A DNA stretch of 64,000 nt from an uncultured Spirochaetota bacterium (GCA_963745235.1 CAVUXE010000033.1:32001-96000), one strand, 5' to 3'. Positions 21,273-31,924 are shown, counted from the stretch's first letter. Translations and numbers: made by a program. Notes: generated by a model not told the origin, from the sequence alone.

Positions 21273-21907
21273 TACCCGAGAGTGAAGGGCGGGTACACGT
21301 CAGTGACGAGGAGGAACGCGTACGCGCTGACGCGCAGGCTCCACTGCGCCACCCCGACCACGTAGTTGAAGAGGCCCCGGGGATACCTGCCGGTGAAAAG
21401 GATTGCAAACCAGGCGATGATCACCGCGCCTACGGCGCCAAGGAACAGGAAGAACAGGACCACGTAGTGCGGAATGGCAAGGAACCATTTGACCAGCGGC
21501 AAGCCCGCCTTGAGGTCCTTTGTCACGTCGGGATACGGAATCTCCGCGTGCACCGCCTGCTCCTGGTCCGTGGAGGGACAGGCATCCGTGAGGAGGGCAA
21601 GGTAGGCGCCGACCCTCAGGCTGAAGCGCGTCAGGTTGACGTTCCAATCGAACCACCAGCGCGGATACTTCCACCGGAAAAGGATCATCAGGACAGTGGG
21701 GAGGAAAAGGATCCCGCCTGCAAGGAACGGAAACGTGGAAGCCTGGTGGTGGGAGTCCCAGCCGGGGCCGCTCACGAGAGCCAGGACGATCAGGATGGGG
21801 ACGATGAGAATGACCCGGAAGACCGAGGTCAGCCTGTTCAGCTCGCGATCAGGATAGTCGATGCGAAGGGAGACCGGAAAGGCCGCGGAAGCGTTCTTGT
21901 CGGACAT
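21272..21907 (-). CDS. DUF4389-like membrane protein
   Basis: Two internal repeats (LNRL...YPRWWFDW; LPLVKWFLAIPH...TGRYP...TDVYPPF). Confidence 0.8.
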   Translation of the reverse strand: MSDKNASAAFPVSLRIDYPDRELNRLTSVFRVILIVPILIVLALVSGPGWDSHHQASTFPFLAGGILFLPTVLMILFRWKYPRWWFDWNVNLTRFSLRVGAYLALLTDACPSTDQEQAVHAEIPYPDVTKDLKAGLPLVKWFLAIPHYVVLFFLFLGAVGAVIIAWFAILFTGRYPRGLFNYVVGVAQWSLRVSAYAFLLVTDVYPPFTLG

Positions 21908-21962
21908 CTGATTCTCCTCTGGAGAAGACTTTCCCTGACTCTAACCCTGCACGATGGTGCCG

Positions 21963-23420
21963 TCAATATTTAGACATCGCCGGGTCCACTTCATCCGCCC
22001 ACGCGTTGATCCCGCCGACGAGGTTCTTCAGCTTTCGAAACCCGACGGAGCGGAGGAACTCCACCGCCTTGGCGCTGCGGCCGCCCACGCGGCAGTGCAC
22101 CACCATCTGGCGGGCGGTATCGAGCTCCGCCACGCGTTCGGCAAGCTCTCCCAGCGGGATGAGGATGCTGCCCGGTATCCGTGAGATCTGCGACCTCCTC
22201 GGGGTTGCGGACGTCCAGGATGACGATGTCCTCGTTGCGGCTGAGCCTCTCTTTCAGCTCACGGGGCCGGATCTCCCATTCGTCACCCAGGCTCTTGGCC
22301 TCCATTTCCTCTCCGCGGATCCCGCAGAACTGCTCGTAGTCGATCAGTTTCGTCACGGTGGGATGCGTGCCGCAGACAGGGCAGTCGGGGTCCTTTCTGA
22401 GCCTGAGCTCCCGGAAGCGCATCTTCATGGCATCGACAACGAGCAGCCGGCCGGCAAGGGATTCGCCCCTGCCCAGGATGAGCTTCACGGCCTCGGTGGC
22501 CTGGATGGTGCCGATGATTCCCGGGCAGCACGCCCAGGACGCCGCCTTCCGCGCAGCTGGGAACGAGGCCCGGCGGGCGGCGGCTCGGGGTACACGCACC
22601 GGTAGCACGGCCCCTCAGGCAGGCAGAACACGGATGCCTGCCCGTCGAAACGGAAGATGCTTCCGTAGACGTTCGGGATCCCGAGCATCACGCAGGCATC
22701 GTTGACCAGGTAGCGGGTCGGGAAATTGTCGGTGCCGTCCACCACCAGGTCGTAACCCTCCATGATCTGCAGGGCGTTCTCTGAGGTGAGCCGTCGCTTC
22801 GTGCGTCATGACCTGGACGTCCGGGTTCATCCCGCGGATCCTTCGCGCGGCAACCTCCAGCTTGGAGCGCCCCACGTCGGCGGTGGTGTAGATGATCTGG
22901 CGCTGGAGGTTTGTGAGGTCCACCGTGTCGAAGTCCACGATGCCCAATGTCCCGACCCCCGCTGCCGCAAGGTAGGAAAGGGCGGGGGAGCCGAGCCCTC
23001 CCGCGCCGACCACGAGCACCCGCGCGCGGCGAAGCTTCTGCTGCCCCTCCATGCCCACCTCGGGCATGATGAGGTGCCGGCTGTAGCGCTGGATCTGCAT
23101 GCTGGTTGAGCCCTGGCGATGCGGCTGCTCCGCGGGGATCCGCGCCTCCCGCCACGGACGGGATGATGCTGATGACGTCTTTCGCGCTCACCGGTGTCAT
23201 GTCCTTCTCCAGTGCGCGGATGGCGTCATCGTTGACGAAGACATTCACGAAGCTGCGAAGCCTGCCCTGCTCGTCGAAGATGTGTCTTCTTCAGCTGCGG
23301 GTAGTCGGCCGCGAGTCGTTGGAGGAGATCACCAACGGTTTCTCCTTCCACCCGGACCGAGTCGTGATTGCCGGCAAGTCCGCGCAAGGCGGTCGGGATC
23401 TCAACGGTAACAAGGCTCAT
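21963..23420 (-). CDS. moeB: ThiS/MoaD-MoeB(ThiF)-rhodanese fusion, split by about 5 frameshifts
   Basis: Fragments in order: [13 protein letters not shown]...IIPSVAGG; RYSRH...GAGGLGS...NLQRQ; [10 protein letters not shown]...CYRC; CPVC; LDVRN...GGINAW...MSKY*. Confidence 0.85.
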
Positions 23421-23853
23421 GGGCTGTTCTCCTTGATCGTCAGCGCAAGCGGATCGAATCCTGAACGGTCATCTCTCAGCTGCCAGGCATGAGGCTTCCC
23501 CGGCAACCGCCCTTCGAAACTGGAATGATCAGATAGCTGAACCAGGGCCACGCGCGGTCCCGGTCGTACTGCGAAGGGCGAGCGGGATGGTCCGGGTGGG
23601 AATGGTAGATCCCGAGCATCACGAGACCCGCTTTCCTCCCGTATCTCTCGGCGTCCCTGAACTGCGCGGGTGTGATCAGGAACCGGTTCTCCCGGGAATC
23701 CGCGCGCTCGTTGGGCTGGCGGCGTATTTCGGAGATTTCCCGCGTCCGGTCGTCCTGGCGTCCCATCATGAAGCCGCAGCATTCGTGGGGGTACGTCTCT
23801 TCTCCCTGTCGCCTGATCTGCTCCAGGATGACCGCCGGCAGGACCAGCCTCAT
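23417..23853 (-). CDS. Mov34/JAMM (M67, Mec-like) metallopeptidase; frameshift near 23500
   Basis: YPHECCG, YHSHPDHPARPSQYD. Confidence 0.88.
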
Positions 23854-24237
23854 GCATGCGCCTGCGGCGCTGACCTGCGCCGGTCAGGCAGGACGGTCAC
23901 GACGCAGCCCTGGTGCAGGCGCGAGGTACGCCGCCAACGTCGCGGACAATGCCCCGTCCACGTTCGCCGGGACACACAGGCGCACGCGGTAGCCGCCGGC
24001 GGCGCCGATCATGGCATTTGCATGGCCGTGTTTCCCGACGAGGCATGGATGATCGTCTTCTGCGGAGTCAGGGCGCCTCGACGCTCTCCGTCCAGGATCA
24101 CGCTGAGGGCGCGGCGATCCTTGACTGAGCCACCCGGGTTCATCCACTCCGCCTTGGCAAGAACCTCGGGAGGGAGGTCGCGCAGCAGGCGTAAGCCGCA
24201 ACAGCGGAGTATTTCCAATGGCCTCACTCAGCCGCAT
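23850..24237 (-). pseudogene. cysM: Cysteine synthase (CysM-like) remnant with an internal deletion
   Basis: IGNTPLLRL, AKAEWMNPGGSVKDR and ASSGNT across shifted frames, then a jump to the C-terminal GCVVTVLPD; only about 390 bp long. Confidence 0.8.
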
Positions 24238-24260
24238 CGAACCGGAATATACGAATTCCC

Positions 24261-25319
24261 TTATACGATGGGGAAGGACCAGAGAGGTCGATGCGCGGCG
24301 CGCACGGCCTCAATGACCTCACTGGTCTGGGGGCCCGGCGCGGCGAGCGCCGGGGGCTTGTCTTCTCCATCTGCTGCGCGCGCCAGCGTGGTGAGGACGG
24401 CGGCGACTCCTTCCGCCAGCGCACCCCCGTGGTAGCCTCCCTCCAGCGTGAAGACGAGCCTGCCGGGGCAGCAAGCCGCGCTCATTGCAAGGAGCGACCT
24501 CGTCATGCGGGCGAACCCGGAAGCGGTCACGTTCATGTCGGCAAGAGGATCACCCTTCGCGATGTCAAAGCCGGCGGATACAAGGATCAGGTGCGGCTTG
24601 TAGCGCTCAGCGATCGGCTGGAGCACGCGCTCGACAATCCCCTGATAATCGTCGTCCCCCTGACCGGGGGGCAGGGGCAGGTTCACCGTGAACCCTGCTC
24701 CCGGGCCCGAACCCACCTCATGGATCATGCCGGTGCCGGGATAGTGGGGGGACTGGTGAACCGAGCAGACCAGCACCCTGTCGGTGTCATAAAAGCTGTG
24801 CATGGTCCCGTTCCCGTGGTGCACATCCCAGTCGAAGATCAGGACGCGCTCCAGGCCAAGGCGATGCAGGGCATGTTCCGCGGCCACCGCCACGTTGTTG
24901 AAGAAGCAGAAGCCCATGGCGTGCCCTGCTTCGGCGTGATGCCCGGGCGGACGGACCAGCGCAAAAGCCGCGTCGACGTCGCCGTTGACTGCCGCATCCA
25001 CGGCGGCGATGAGGCCGCCGGCAGCCCTGACCGCGGCGGAAAACGTGTGCTCGTTGGCCGACGTGTCCGCGTCGAACACCGTGCGGGGTCTTCCCCGGGT
25101 CTGCTGCACCGCCTCGATGTAGGATTCCTCGTGGACCCGGGAAAGCTCCTGCCGGGTCGCATCCCGGGAAGGGAGCGTCACCAGCGTGTCCCTCAGGGGA
25201 AAGCTTTCCAGCATCGCGTCGATGGCCGAAAGCCGCGCCGCGGATTCCGGATGTCCTGGTCCGTTGGAGTGCAGGAGAAACAGTGGATCCCTGACGAGAC
25301 CGATTCGCTTGACGCCCAT
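24261..25319 (-). CDS. Histone deacetylase / acetylpolyamine amidohydrolase family protein
   Basis: [38 protein letters not shown]. Confidence 0.93.
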   Translation of the reverse strand: MGVKRIGLVRDPLFLLHSNGPGHPESAARLSAIDAMLESFPLRDTLVTLPSRDATRQELSRVHEESYIEAVQQTRGRPRTVFDADTSANEHTFSAAVRAAGGLIAAVDAAVNGDVDAAFALVRPPGHHAEAGHAMGFCFFNNVAVAAEHALHRLGLERVLIFDWDVHHGNGTMHSFYDTDRVLVCSVHQSPHYPGTGMIHEVGSGPGAGFTVNLPLPPGQGDDDYQGIVERVLQPIAERYKPHLILVSAGFDIAKGDPLADMNVTASGFARMTRSLLAMSAACCPGRLVFTLEGGYHGGALAEGVAAVLTTLARAADGEDKPPALAAPGPQTSEVIEAVRAAHRPLWSFPIV

Positions 25320-25372
25320 CTCCTTGACCTCACCGTGGCCCGGTATAAGATACACACCATGAGGTGAAAGTC

Positions 25373-26872
25373 ATGAAGAACAAATCAGTGATCGTCATCG
25401 GCGCCGGCATCGCGGGACTTGCAGCGGGCTGCTACGCCGCCATGAACGGGTACCAGACCAGGATCTTCGAAATGCACTCATGCCCCGGCGGTCTTTGCAC
25501 AGCGTGGAAGAGGGGCGGATACACCATTGATGGCTGCATCCACTGGCTTGTCGGCACGAAACCCGGTTCCGCCATGTACCGCGTGTGGGAAGAGCTCGGT
25601 GCCGTGCAGGGCAGGCAAGTCTTCCTCGCGGAGCAGTTCCAGCGCTATGAAGACAGGGACGGCAGGGTGTTCACCCTGTACACCAATCTGGACAGGCTTG
25701 AAGCGCACATGCTGGAGACCGCCCCCGAGGATGCGGAGGCAACGGGGAGGTTCTGCAAAGCCGCGCGGGAGTTCACCGGGACGGGCGTACCGGTCATGAA
25801 GCCCATGGCCCTGATGACGCCCTGGGAAAAGATCAAGCTCGCGGGGAGGCTCTCAGAGCTCAAGCCCTTCATGACATGGAACCGCGGGCCGATGTCCCGC
25901 GTCCTGGCCCAGTTCACAAGCCCACTCATCCGCAAGGCAATGGCGAGCGCATGGCCGGAGTCCTTCCCCGCGGGATTCCTTTTTGCCACGCTGGCCTGGC
26001 TCAACGACGGGTCGGCGGGATACCCGATGGGCGGCTCGAAGGACTTCAGCCAGGCAATTGAGAAGCGCTTCCTCGGTCTGGGCGGAGAGATCCTCTGCCG
26101 TTCGAGGGTTTCCCGGATCCTCGTGGAGGCGGACAGGGCCGTCGGTGTGCGTCTCGAAGACGGCAGCGAGCATCGGGCGGACTTTGTCATATCGGCGGCT
26201 GACGGACACGCCACGATATTCGACATGCTTGATGGCAGGTACACGGATGAGACCGTCAGGGGGTACTACGAAAAGCTCACGCCGTTCCCTTCCCTTGTGC
26301 TCGTCGGCCTCGGGGTCAAACGGTTGTTCGATGATGTCCCGGTGCTCGTCTCCACCCTGCAGATCGAGCTTCCCGAGCCGCTTCGCATTGCGGACCACAC
26401 GGTGAGCACCCTCGGCGTTCGCATCTTCAACAATGACCCCACCCTGGCCCCGGAGGGGCGGACAACGCTCCTGTGCGCTTTTGCATCCGAGCTGGCCTGG
26501 TGGAAGAATCTCAGGCAGGATGCATCCAACTACTGCCCTGTCAAGAATGAGATTGCGGACCGCGTGGTCGCTGCCCTGGACCGCCGTTTCCCGGGCCTTG
26601 CCTCGCAGGTGGAGATGCGTGACGTGGCCACGCCGCTTACCTTCGAGCGCTACACGGGCAACTGGCAGGGCAGCTTCGAGGGCTGGATGACGACTCCGGA
26701 GAACTGGATGATGCGCATGCGCACCAGCCTGCCCGGCCTTGCGAACTTCTGGATGTGCGGCCAGTGGGTCGAGCAGGGAGGCGGGCTTCCGCCTGCTGCC
26801 CTGTCGGGACGCAATGCCGTCCAGTTCCTGTGCGCGCGGGATGGGAGGAAGTTCGAAGCGCGTCGGGAATGA
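25373..26872 (+). CDS. Phytoene dehydrogenase-like FAD-dependent oxidoreductase
   Basis: IGAGIAGL, PGG...GYTIDG, ATPLTFERYT, GQW...GGGLP. Confidence 0.88.
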   Translation: MKNKSVIVIGAGIAGLAAGCYAAMNGYQTRIFEMHSCPGGLCTAWKRGGYTIDGCIHWLVGTKPGSAMYRVWEELGAVQGRQVFLAEQFQRYEDRDGRVFTLYTNLDRLEAHMLETAPEDAEATGRFCKAAREFTGTGVPVMKPMALMTPWEKIKLAGRLSELKPFMTWNRGPMSRVLAQFTSPLIRKAMASAWPESFPAGFLFATLAWLNDGSAGYPMGGSKDFSQAIEKRFLGLGGEILCRSRVSRILVEADRAVGVRLEDGSEHRADFVISAADGHATIFDMLDGRYTDETVRGYYEKLTPFPSLVLVGLGVKRLFDDVPVLVSTLQIELPEPLRIADHTVSTLGVRIFNNDPTLAPEGRTTLLCAFASELAWWKNLRQDASNYCPVKNEIADRVVAALDRRFPGLASQVEMRDVATPLTFERYTGNWQGSFEGWMTTPENWMMRMRTSLPGLANFWMCGQWVEQGGGLPPAALSGRNAVQFLCARDGRKFEARRE

Positions 26873-27212
26873 ACTTCGCGGGGAAGGGCTTCCGCCGCTC
26901 AGGCGTCCTGCTGCTCCAGAACGCCAATAGAGATGCCTTTCTCAACGAGCGCGGCCCAGGTGATGCGGATTGGCCCCCCCTGCGCTCCGGCACGTGCGCG
27001 GCTCTCGATCACTCCTGAGGTGAGGACGCTATCCGCAATCTGCTGCGCGGCTGCATCCGTGTAGTCGTCAGGAACAGACAGCACCTCCAGGACGGCGTGA
27101 TCCATCGACGTCGCAAGCCCGAGGCGTCCGTCTTTTCCTTTCGTGAAATACAGTGATCGAGTCAAATCGTGGTTTCCTTCTTACATTTGATTCTATGCGA
27201 AACCCGAAAGAA

Positions 27213-27641
27213 ATGGAAGACCCGACGGCGGACATGGGCGGCGTTCCAGGCACCCGGGGGAATCCCTGGATGCTGAAGACGCCCGGAGGAGGCTCTGAGT
27301 TCCTGGCATTCAGAGACCCGGCCCTGGACCCGCCGGCAATCGTCGTCAGGTTTGGAGGCACGGAGCTGAGATATCATCTGCGCTGCCTGAACGACCTGGA
27401 TGAGATGCTGAAAGCTCGCGGAGACTGGATGCCCCTGGGAATCGCTGAGGAGAAGCAGCAGGCCGCAGCCGGTACCGTGGAGGCCTGGGCGCGCTCACCG
27501 GAAAACCCCGTGAAGGGGTGGTATGGCCTGACGAAGGGGCTGCGGGGCAGGTTCGCGATGTACATCCCGCCCGTCATGAAAGCTCTCGACCTGGCGGAGA
27601 TCAACGAGGGTCCGCACGGCGGCCGCATGCGATCCGCGTGA
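27213..27641 (+). CDS. Conserved hypothetical protein (DUF6855-like)
   Basis: GTRGNPWMLKTP, TVEAWARSPENPVKGWYGL, GRFAMYIPP. Confidence 0.7.
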   Translation: MEDPTADMGGVPGTRGNPWMLKTPGGGSEFLAFRDPALDPPAIVVRFGGTELRYHLRCLNDLDEMLKARGDWMPLGIAEEKQQAAAGTVEAWARSPENPVKGWYGLTKGLRGRFAMYIPPVMKALDLAEINEGPHGGRMRSA

Positions 27642-27721
27642 CCCGCCGGGCGCGCTGACAGCCGTCCTGGGCCGCCGCTCCCGATGGCCCCGAGGGCGGA
27701 CGGCACCAGGGGGGCGACCCT

Positions 27722-27750
27722 TTGACACTCTTCCTGCTTTTGCGTATAGT
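27722..27750 (+). promoter_or_regulatory. Near-consensus sigma70 promoter of the DEAD-box gene
   Basis: TTGACA-N17-TATAGT. Confidence 0.8.
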
Positions 27751-27890
27751 CTGCACGGGTCAGGTGGCCGTGTTACGGCGCCTGACGACGAACGAACGAG
27801 TGAACAGGGCATAAAAGTCCTCGCGGCGGCCTCACCGGCGAATCCTCCGAAAAACACACACTCAAACAAGCCGGACACGTAAGGAACACA

Positions 27891-29096
27891 ATGACTTTCT
27901 CCGATTTTGCTCTTGCACCGCAGCTGCAGGCCTCGGTGCGCCATGCGGGGTTCGATCAACCGACCCCCATTCAAAAGGAGGCAATCCCGCCGGCCCTGGA
28001 AGGCCGCGACATCCTCGCGAGCGCTGAGACGGGAAGCGGCAAGACCGCGGCTTTCCTTCTTCCCATCATGAACCGCCTCCTGCCCATGCAGCGCGGGGCG
28101 ACCCGTGCGCTGGTGCTGGCCCCGACCCGGGAGCTGGCTGCGCAGATCGTGGAGCATTTCCGCCTGCTGGCGCAGGGCACCAGCCTGACCTGCGCGGCGG
28201 TGCACGGCGGCGTTGCGATGGGCGCGCAGGAACGGGCGTTTCGAAAAGGCGTGGATGCGCTGGTTGCATGTCCGGGCAGGCTCCTGGACCACATGCGAAA
28301 CAGCTACGCCGAGCTTTCTTCCATCGAGCTCCTGGTGATCGACGAGGCGGACAGGATGCTGGACATGGGCTTCCTTCCCGACGTCAGGCGCGTCCTTGCC
28401 GGCGTGCCGAAGAACAGGCAGACCTATTTCTTTTCCGCCACGCTGCCCCCGGCAATCGTCGAGCTTTCAAGGGAAATGCTTCACGACCCCGCCCGGCTGA
28501 ACATCGACCGGAAACCGGCTCCTGCCGGCGGCATCACGCACTCCGTGTTCGCGGTTTCTTCCCAGAGCAAGGCGAAGCTCTTCCTCGAGCTGCTGGGCAG
28601 AGCGATTTCCGGCAGCGTCCTGGTGTTCACACGCACCAAGCACAGGGCGAACCGGCTGGCGGATTTCCTCGACAAGAACGGCGTTCCCTGCGCCCGGATC
28701 CATGGCAACCGGAGCCAGTCGCAGCGGACAGCCGCGCTTGCGGGGTTCAAGCAGGGGAGGTTCCAGGTCCTCGTGGCCACCGACATTGCCGCGCGCGGCA
28801 TCGACGTGGAGGCCCTCGGATCCGTGGTCAACTTCGACGTGCCCAACCAGCCCGAGGACTACATCCACAGGGTCGGCCGCACGGCTCGCGCGAAGCTGAC
28901 CGGGGACGCCTACACCCTCGTCTCTCCCGAGGAAGAGAAGAACCTCAGCGCAATCGAGCGCGCCCTGGGACGTCGCCTTCCCCGGCAGAAGGTTGAAGGC
29001 TTCGACTATTCGCAGGCGCCGGTCCCTTTGCGGGCGCCGGCCGGGCTGCAGGCGCCGCGCAGAAAGCACGCCGCCAGCACCTGGCGCCGCAGATAG
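27891..29096 (+). CDS. rhlE: DEAD-box RNA helicase (RhlE-like)
   Basis: Q motif PTPIQ, ETGSGKT, PTRELA, DEAD, SAT, HRVGRTAR. Confidence 0.93.
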   Translation: MTFSDFALAPQLQASVRHAGFDQPTPIQKEAIPPALEGRDILASAETGSGKTAAFLLPIMNRLLPMQRGATRALVLAPTRELAAQIVEHFRLLAQGTSLTCAAVHGGVAMGAQERAFRKGVDALVACPGRLLDHMRNSYAELSSIELLVIDEADRMLDMGFLPDVRRVLAGVPKNRQTYFFSATLPPAIVELSREMLHDPARLNIDRKPAPAGGITHSVFAVSSQSKAKLFLELLGRAISGSVLVFTRTKHRANRLADFLDKNGVPCARIHGNRSQSQRTAALAGFKQGRFQVLVATDIAARGIDVEALGSVVNFDVPNQPEDYIHRVGRTARAKLTGDAYTLVSPEEEKNLSAIERALGRRLPRQKVEGFDYSQAPVPLRAPAGLQAPRRKHAASTWRRR

Positions 29097-29120
29097 CAGG
29101 TTGTTGTATAGTTCCCCCCT

Positions 29121-30881
29121 ATGAACGTGCTGTCCCTGGACGGGGTGAGCAAGACCCTCGTGGACGCGCCCCTTTTCGAGGAGGTCACCATCGGGATCGA
29201 TGCCGGTGAAAAGATCGGCTTCATCGGGAGAAACGGCGCCGGCAAGTCCACGCTCCTCAAGGTGCTGACGGGGGAGCTGCCCGTCGACACGGGAAGCGTC
29301 TCCCGCAACCGGGCGCTCACCGTCAGCATGCTGGAGCAGCGGCCGACTTTCACTCCGGGAACCACGCTGGAAGAGTTCTGCTTCCAGAAAGACGGCGTGA
29401 CAGGTGACCCGGACCAGCGGTCCGTCGTCCTGAGCTCCTTCCACTCCTTCTGCAGGGAGCTGGGTCTTGGCGATCCTCTGGTTCGCATGGACACGCTCTC
29501 CGGCGGAATGGTCCGCAAGGCTTCCCTCGCCCGCTGCCTGGCCAGCGCGGCGAGCTTCGTGCTGCTGGACGAGCCGACCAATCACCTGGACCTGGAAACC
29601 ACCGAATGGCTGGAGAACCGGCTTCGCCGCGCAACCTTCGGGTTCGTCCTCGTCACGCACGACCGGTACTTCCTGGATGACGTGTGCACGGCCATCATGG
29701 AAATCGACGGTCGCAGGGTCCTGAAGTATGCGGGCAACTACTCGGAGTATCTCAAGCGCAAAGCCGAGAGAGAGGAGCAGCGGGAGCGCGCCGAGCAGCG
29801 CAGGAGCGTCATCCTCCGGGGAGAGCTCGAGTGGCTGAAGCGGGGGCCCCGCGCGCGCACGGGCAAGGACAAGGGACGCAAGGGACGCATCCAGGACCTG
29901 CTGGATTCCCGCGTGCAGGCGGAGGCGGGAATGCAGGAGTTCACTTCCACGCACCGCCGCCTGGGGAAGAAGGTGCTGGAGCTGCAAGGGGTCTCGAAGA
30001 GCTACGACGGGAGAAAGGTCATCAACCCCTTCACATACAGCTTCCGAAGGGGGGAGCGAATCGGCGTGATCGGCCCGAGCGGAGCCGGCAAAACCACGTT
30101 TCTCAGGATCGTGGCCGGAGAGCTGCCCCCGGACGCGGGAAGCGCGACGAAGGGAGAGACGACGGTCTTCGCCCACTTCACCCAGACAATCACGCTTTCC
30201 AACCCCGGCCTCACGGTCATAGATTTCATGAAAGAGCTTGCGGAGCGCGTCCCGCAGGAAGGCGGCGGCTCGCTCAGCGCGGAGCAGTTCCTGGAAAGGT
30301 TCCTTTTTCCCCGCACCATGCACGGCGTGACCCTTGACCGTCTCTCGGGCGGGGAGCTTCGGAGGCTCACCCTCGTGCGGCTCCTGGCCACGGCGCCGAA
30401 CTTCCTCCTGCTGGACGAGCCCACCAACGACCTGGATCTTGATACCATCCGGCAGCTCGAAGACTATCTCACGGACTTCAACGGATGCATCCTCCTCGTC
30501 TCCCACGACAGGGCGATGCTGGACAGGCTCACGGACTATCTCCTCGTTTTCGACGGGGCCGGGGGGATCCAGGGATTCACCGGGAGCTACGAAGACTACA
30601 AGGAGACGGAGACGGTGGAAGTGCGGCGCAGGGAGCAGTACCGGCCGGCGCGCCAGCTGAAGACCGGGCTTTCGTTCAAGGAGCGCAAGGAGTACGAACA
30701 GCTCCTGGCCCGCATAGAGGCGCTGGAAAAGGAGCAGAAGTCACTGGAATCTTTTTTCCAGGAGCCGTCAGCGGATCCGGTGGAGCTGGAGCGCAACAGC
30801 AGGCGCTACCGGGAGATCCAGGGGACGCTGGAAGCGCAGCTGGCCCGGTGGGAAGAGCTGGCCGCGCGAGCAGGGGATTGA
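29121..30881 (+). CDS. ABC-F family ATPase (Uup-like)
   Basis: Two ABC domains (GRNGAGKS, GPSGAGKT, LSGG, DEPTN) and a C-terminal LSFKERKE coiled coil. Confidence 0.9.
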   Translation: MNVLSLDGVSKTLVDAPLFEEVTIGIDAGEKIGFIGRNGAGKSTLLKVLTGELPVDTGSVSRNRALTVSMLEQRPTFTPGTTLEEFCFQKDGVTGDPDQRSVVLSSFHSFCRELGLGDPLVRMDTLSGGMVRKASLARCLASAASFVLLDEPTNHLDLETTEWLENRLRRATFGFVLVTHDRYFLDDVCTAIMEIDGRRVLKYAGNYSEYLKRKAEREEQRERAEQRRSVILRGELEWLKRGPRARTGKDKGRKGRIQDLLDSRVQAEAGMQEFTSTHRRLGKKVLELQGVSKSYDGRKVINPFTYSFRRGERIGVIGPSGAGKTTFLRIVAGELPPDAGSATKGETTVFAHFTQTITLSNPGLTVIDFMKELAERVPQEGGGSLSAEQFLERFLFPRTMHGVTLDRLSGGELRRLTLVRLLATAPNFLLLDEPTNDLDLDTIRQLEDYLTDFNGCILLVSHDRAMLDRLTDYLLVFDGAGGIQGFTGSYEDYKETETVEVRRREQYRPARQLKTGLSFKERKEYEQLLARIEALEKEQKSLESFFQEPSADPVELERNSRRYREIQGTLEAQLARWEELAARAGD

Positions 30882-30903
30882 GCGCTTCTGCAAGCCCTCT
30901 GCG

Positions 30904-31791
30904 TCACGCCCCTTTTGAGGTGTCGGTATCCAGGTCCGGAAACGCTTCTTCGGGTTTCAGGCCTTCCTTGGGGTACATGCGGGCCGTCAGGCCCGGATTG
31001 GAATGTCCGAGCAGCACGGCAACCGCGTTGATGCTTCTCCCTCTCTTGATTTGAATGACGGCCCACGTGTGCCGCAGGTGCTGGGCGGATACTTCTTTCC
31101 CGAGGGTCCGCAGCGCCTCATGCTTGATCCGGTTCGTAACAGATACGCGGTTGTAGGGCCTGTCGCGATGCTCGAAAAGCCAGGTTTTGCCGTGGAAGTG
31201 CTTCCGCAGGCGTTCCACGAAATCCTTTCTCACGTGGAGCGTTCTTTCCTTGCCGCCTTTGCCCGTGATCCGCACGGGGACCTGGCCGTCCTTCGCCGTC
31301 CCCAGGTCCGTGAGCTTGAGACTCAGCATCTCTGACACGCGGACGCCCGTGCGAACAAGGAAAGTCACCATAAGCTTGATGGTCCTGTCCCGTGTCTCTC
31401 CGACCAGCTTCCGCGCCTCCTCGATATCAAGCACTTTGTCCGGCGGGACGGCGAGGGAATCGATCTTCCTGAGCTTCACGGACTTGAGAATCTCCTCCAG
31501 CTGGTACTTCCTCCGCAGGTCCGCGGCGAAAGCGCTGCGTTTGAACGCGTAGCGGACGCGGCTCCTGGCCGCGGCAAGCTTCCGGTTGATGGTGGCCGGC
31601 GAGTAGCGTTTTCCGTCGTGCTCCTCTTCCAGCCAGGCCGCATATCTCCGAAATCCATCCACGATGAGGAGCTTTTTCTCCCTCACGAACCCGATGAACT
31701 GCTTCACGTCGAGACGGTAGACATCCCTGATGCCTTCCAGCTCCCCCAGAAGCGCTTCCCATTTTGATTTTTGAACCGCGTCATCCTTCAT
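30904..31791 (-). CDS. Tyrosine recombinase/integrase (XerD-like)
   Basis: YSPATINR, TGVRVSE, GKGGKER, HLRH, LLGHSN...TARMY. Confidence 0.9.
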   Translation of the reverse strand: MKDDAVQKSKWEALLGELEGIRDVYRLDVKQFIGFVREKKLLIVDGFRRYAAWLEEEHDGKRYSPATINRKLAAARSRVRYAFKRSAFAADLRRKYQLEEILKSVKLRKIDSLAVPPDKVLDIEEARKLVGETRDRTIKLMVTFLVRTGVRVSEMLSLKLTDLGTAKDGQVPVRITGKGGKERTLHVRKDFVERLRKHFHGKTWLFEHRDRPYNRVSVTNRIKHEALRTLGKEVSAQHLRHTWAVIQIKRGRSINAVAVLLGHSNPGLTARMYPKEGLKPEEAFPDLDTDTSKGA

Positions 31792-31874
31792 GCCACCGTT
31801 CCCTCCATTCCCGCCGCCAGGACAAAATTATACTTTAGTAATGTAACAGATAAAAACGGGAAGGGCAAGGAGAC

Positions 31875-31903
31875 AAAAAAAGGGGGGCCGACCAGCCCCC
31901 CTC
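31875..31903 (-). terminator. Intrinsic terminator after the RRM gene
   Basis: Minus strand GAGGGGGGCTGGTCGGCCCCCC followed by T7. Confidence 0.8.
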
Positions 31904-31924
31904 GATTGAACGCGGTTGCTTTTC

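Noticed and set aside
26899-27165. 88-aa minus-strand ORF between the oxidoreductase and the DUF6855-like gene
   Set aside because: It fills the gap and could be real, but it has no motif or clear RBS to support a call
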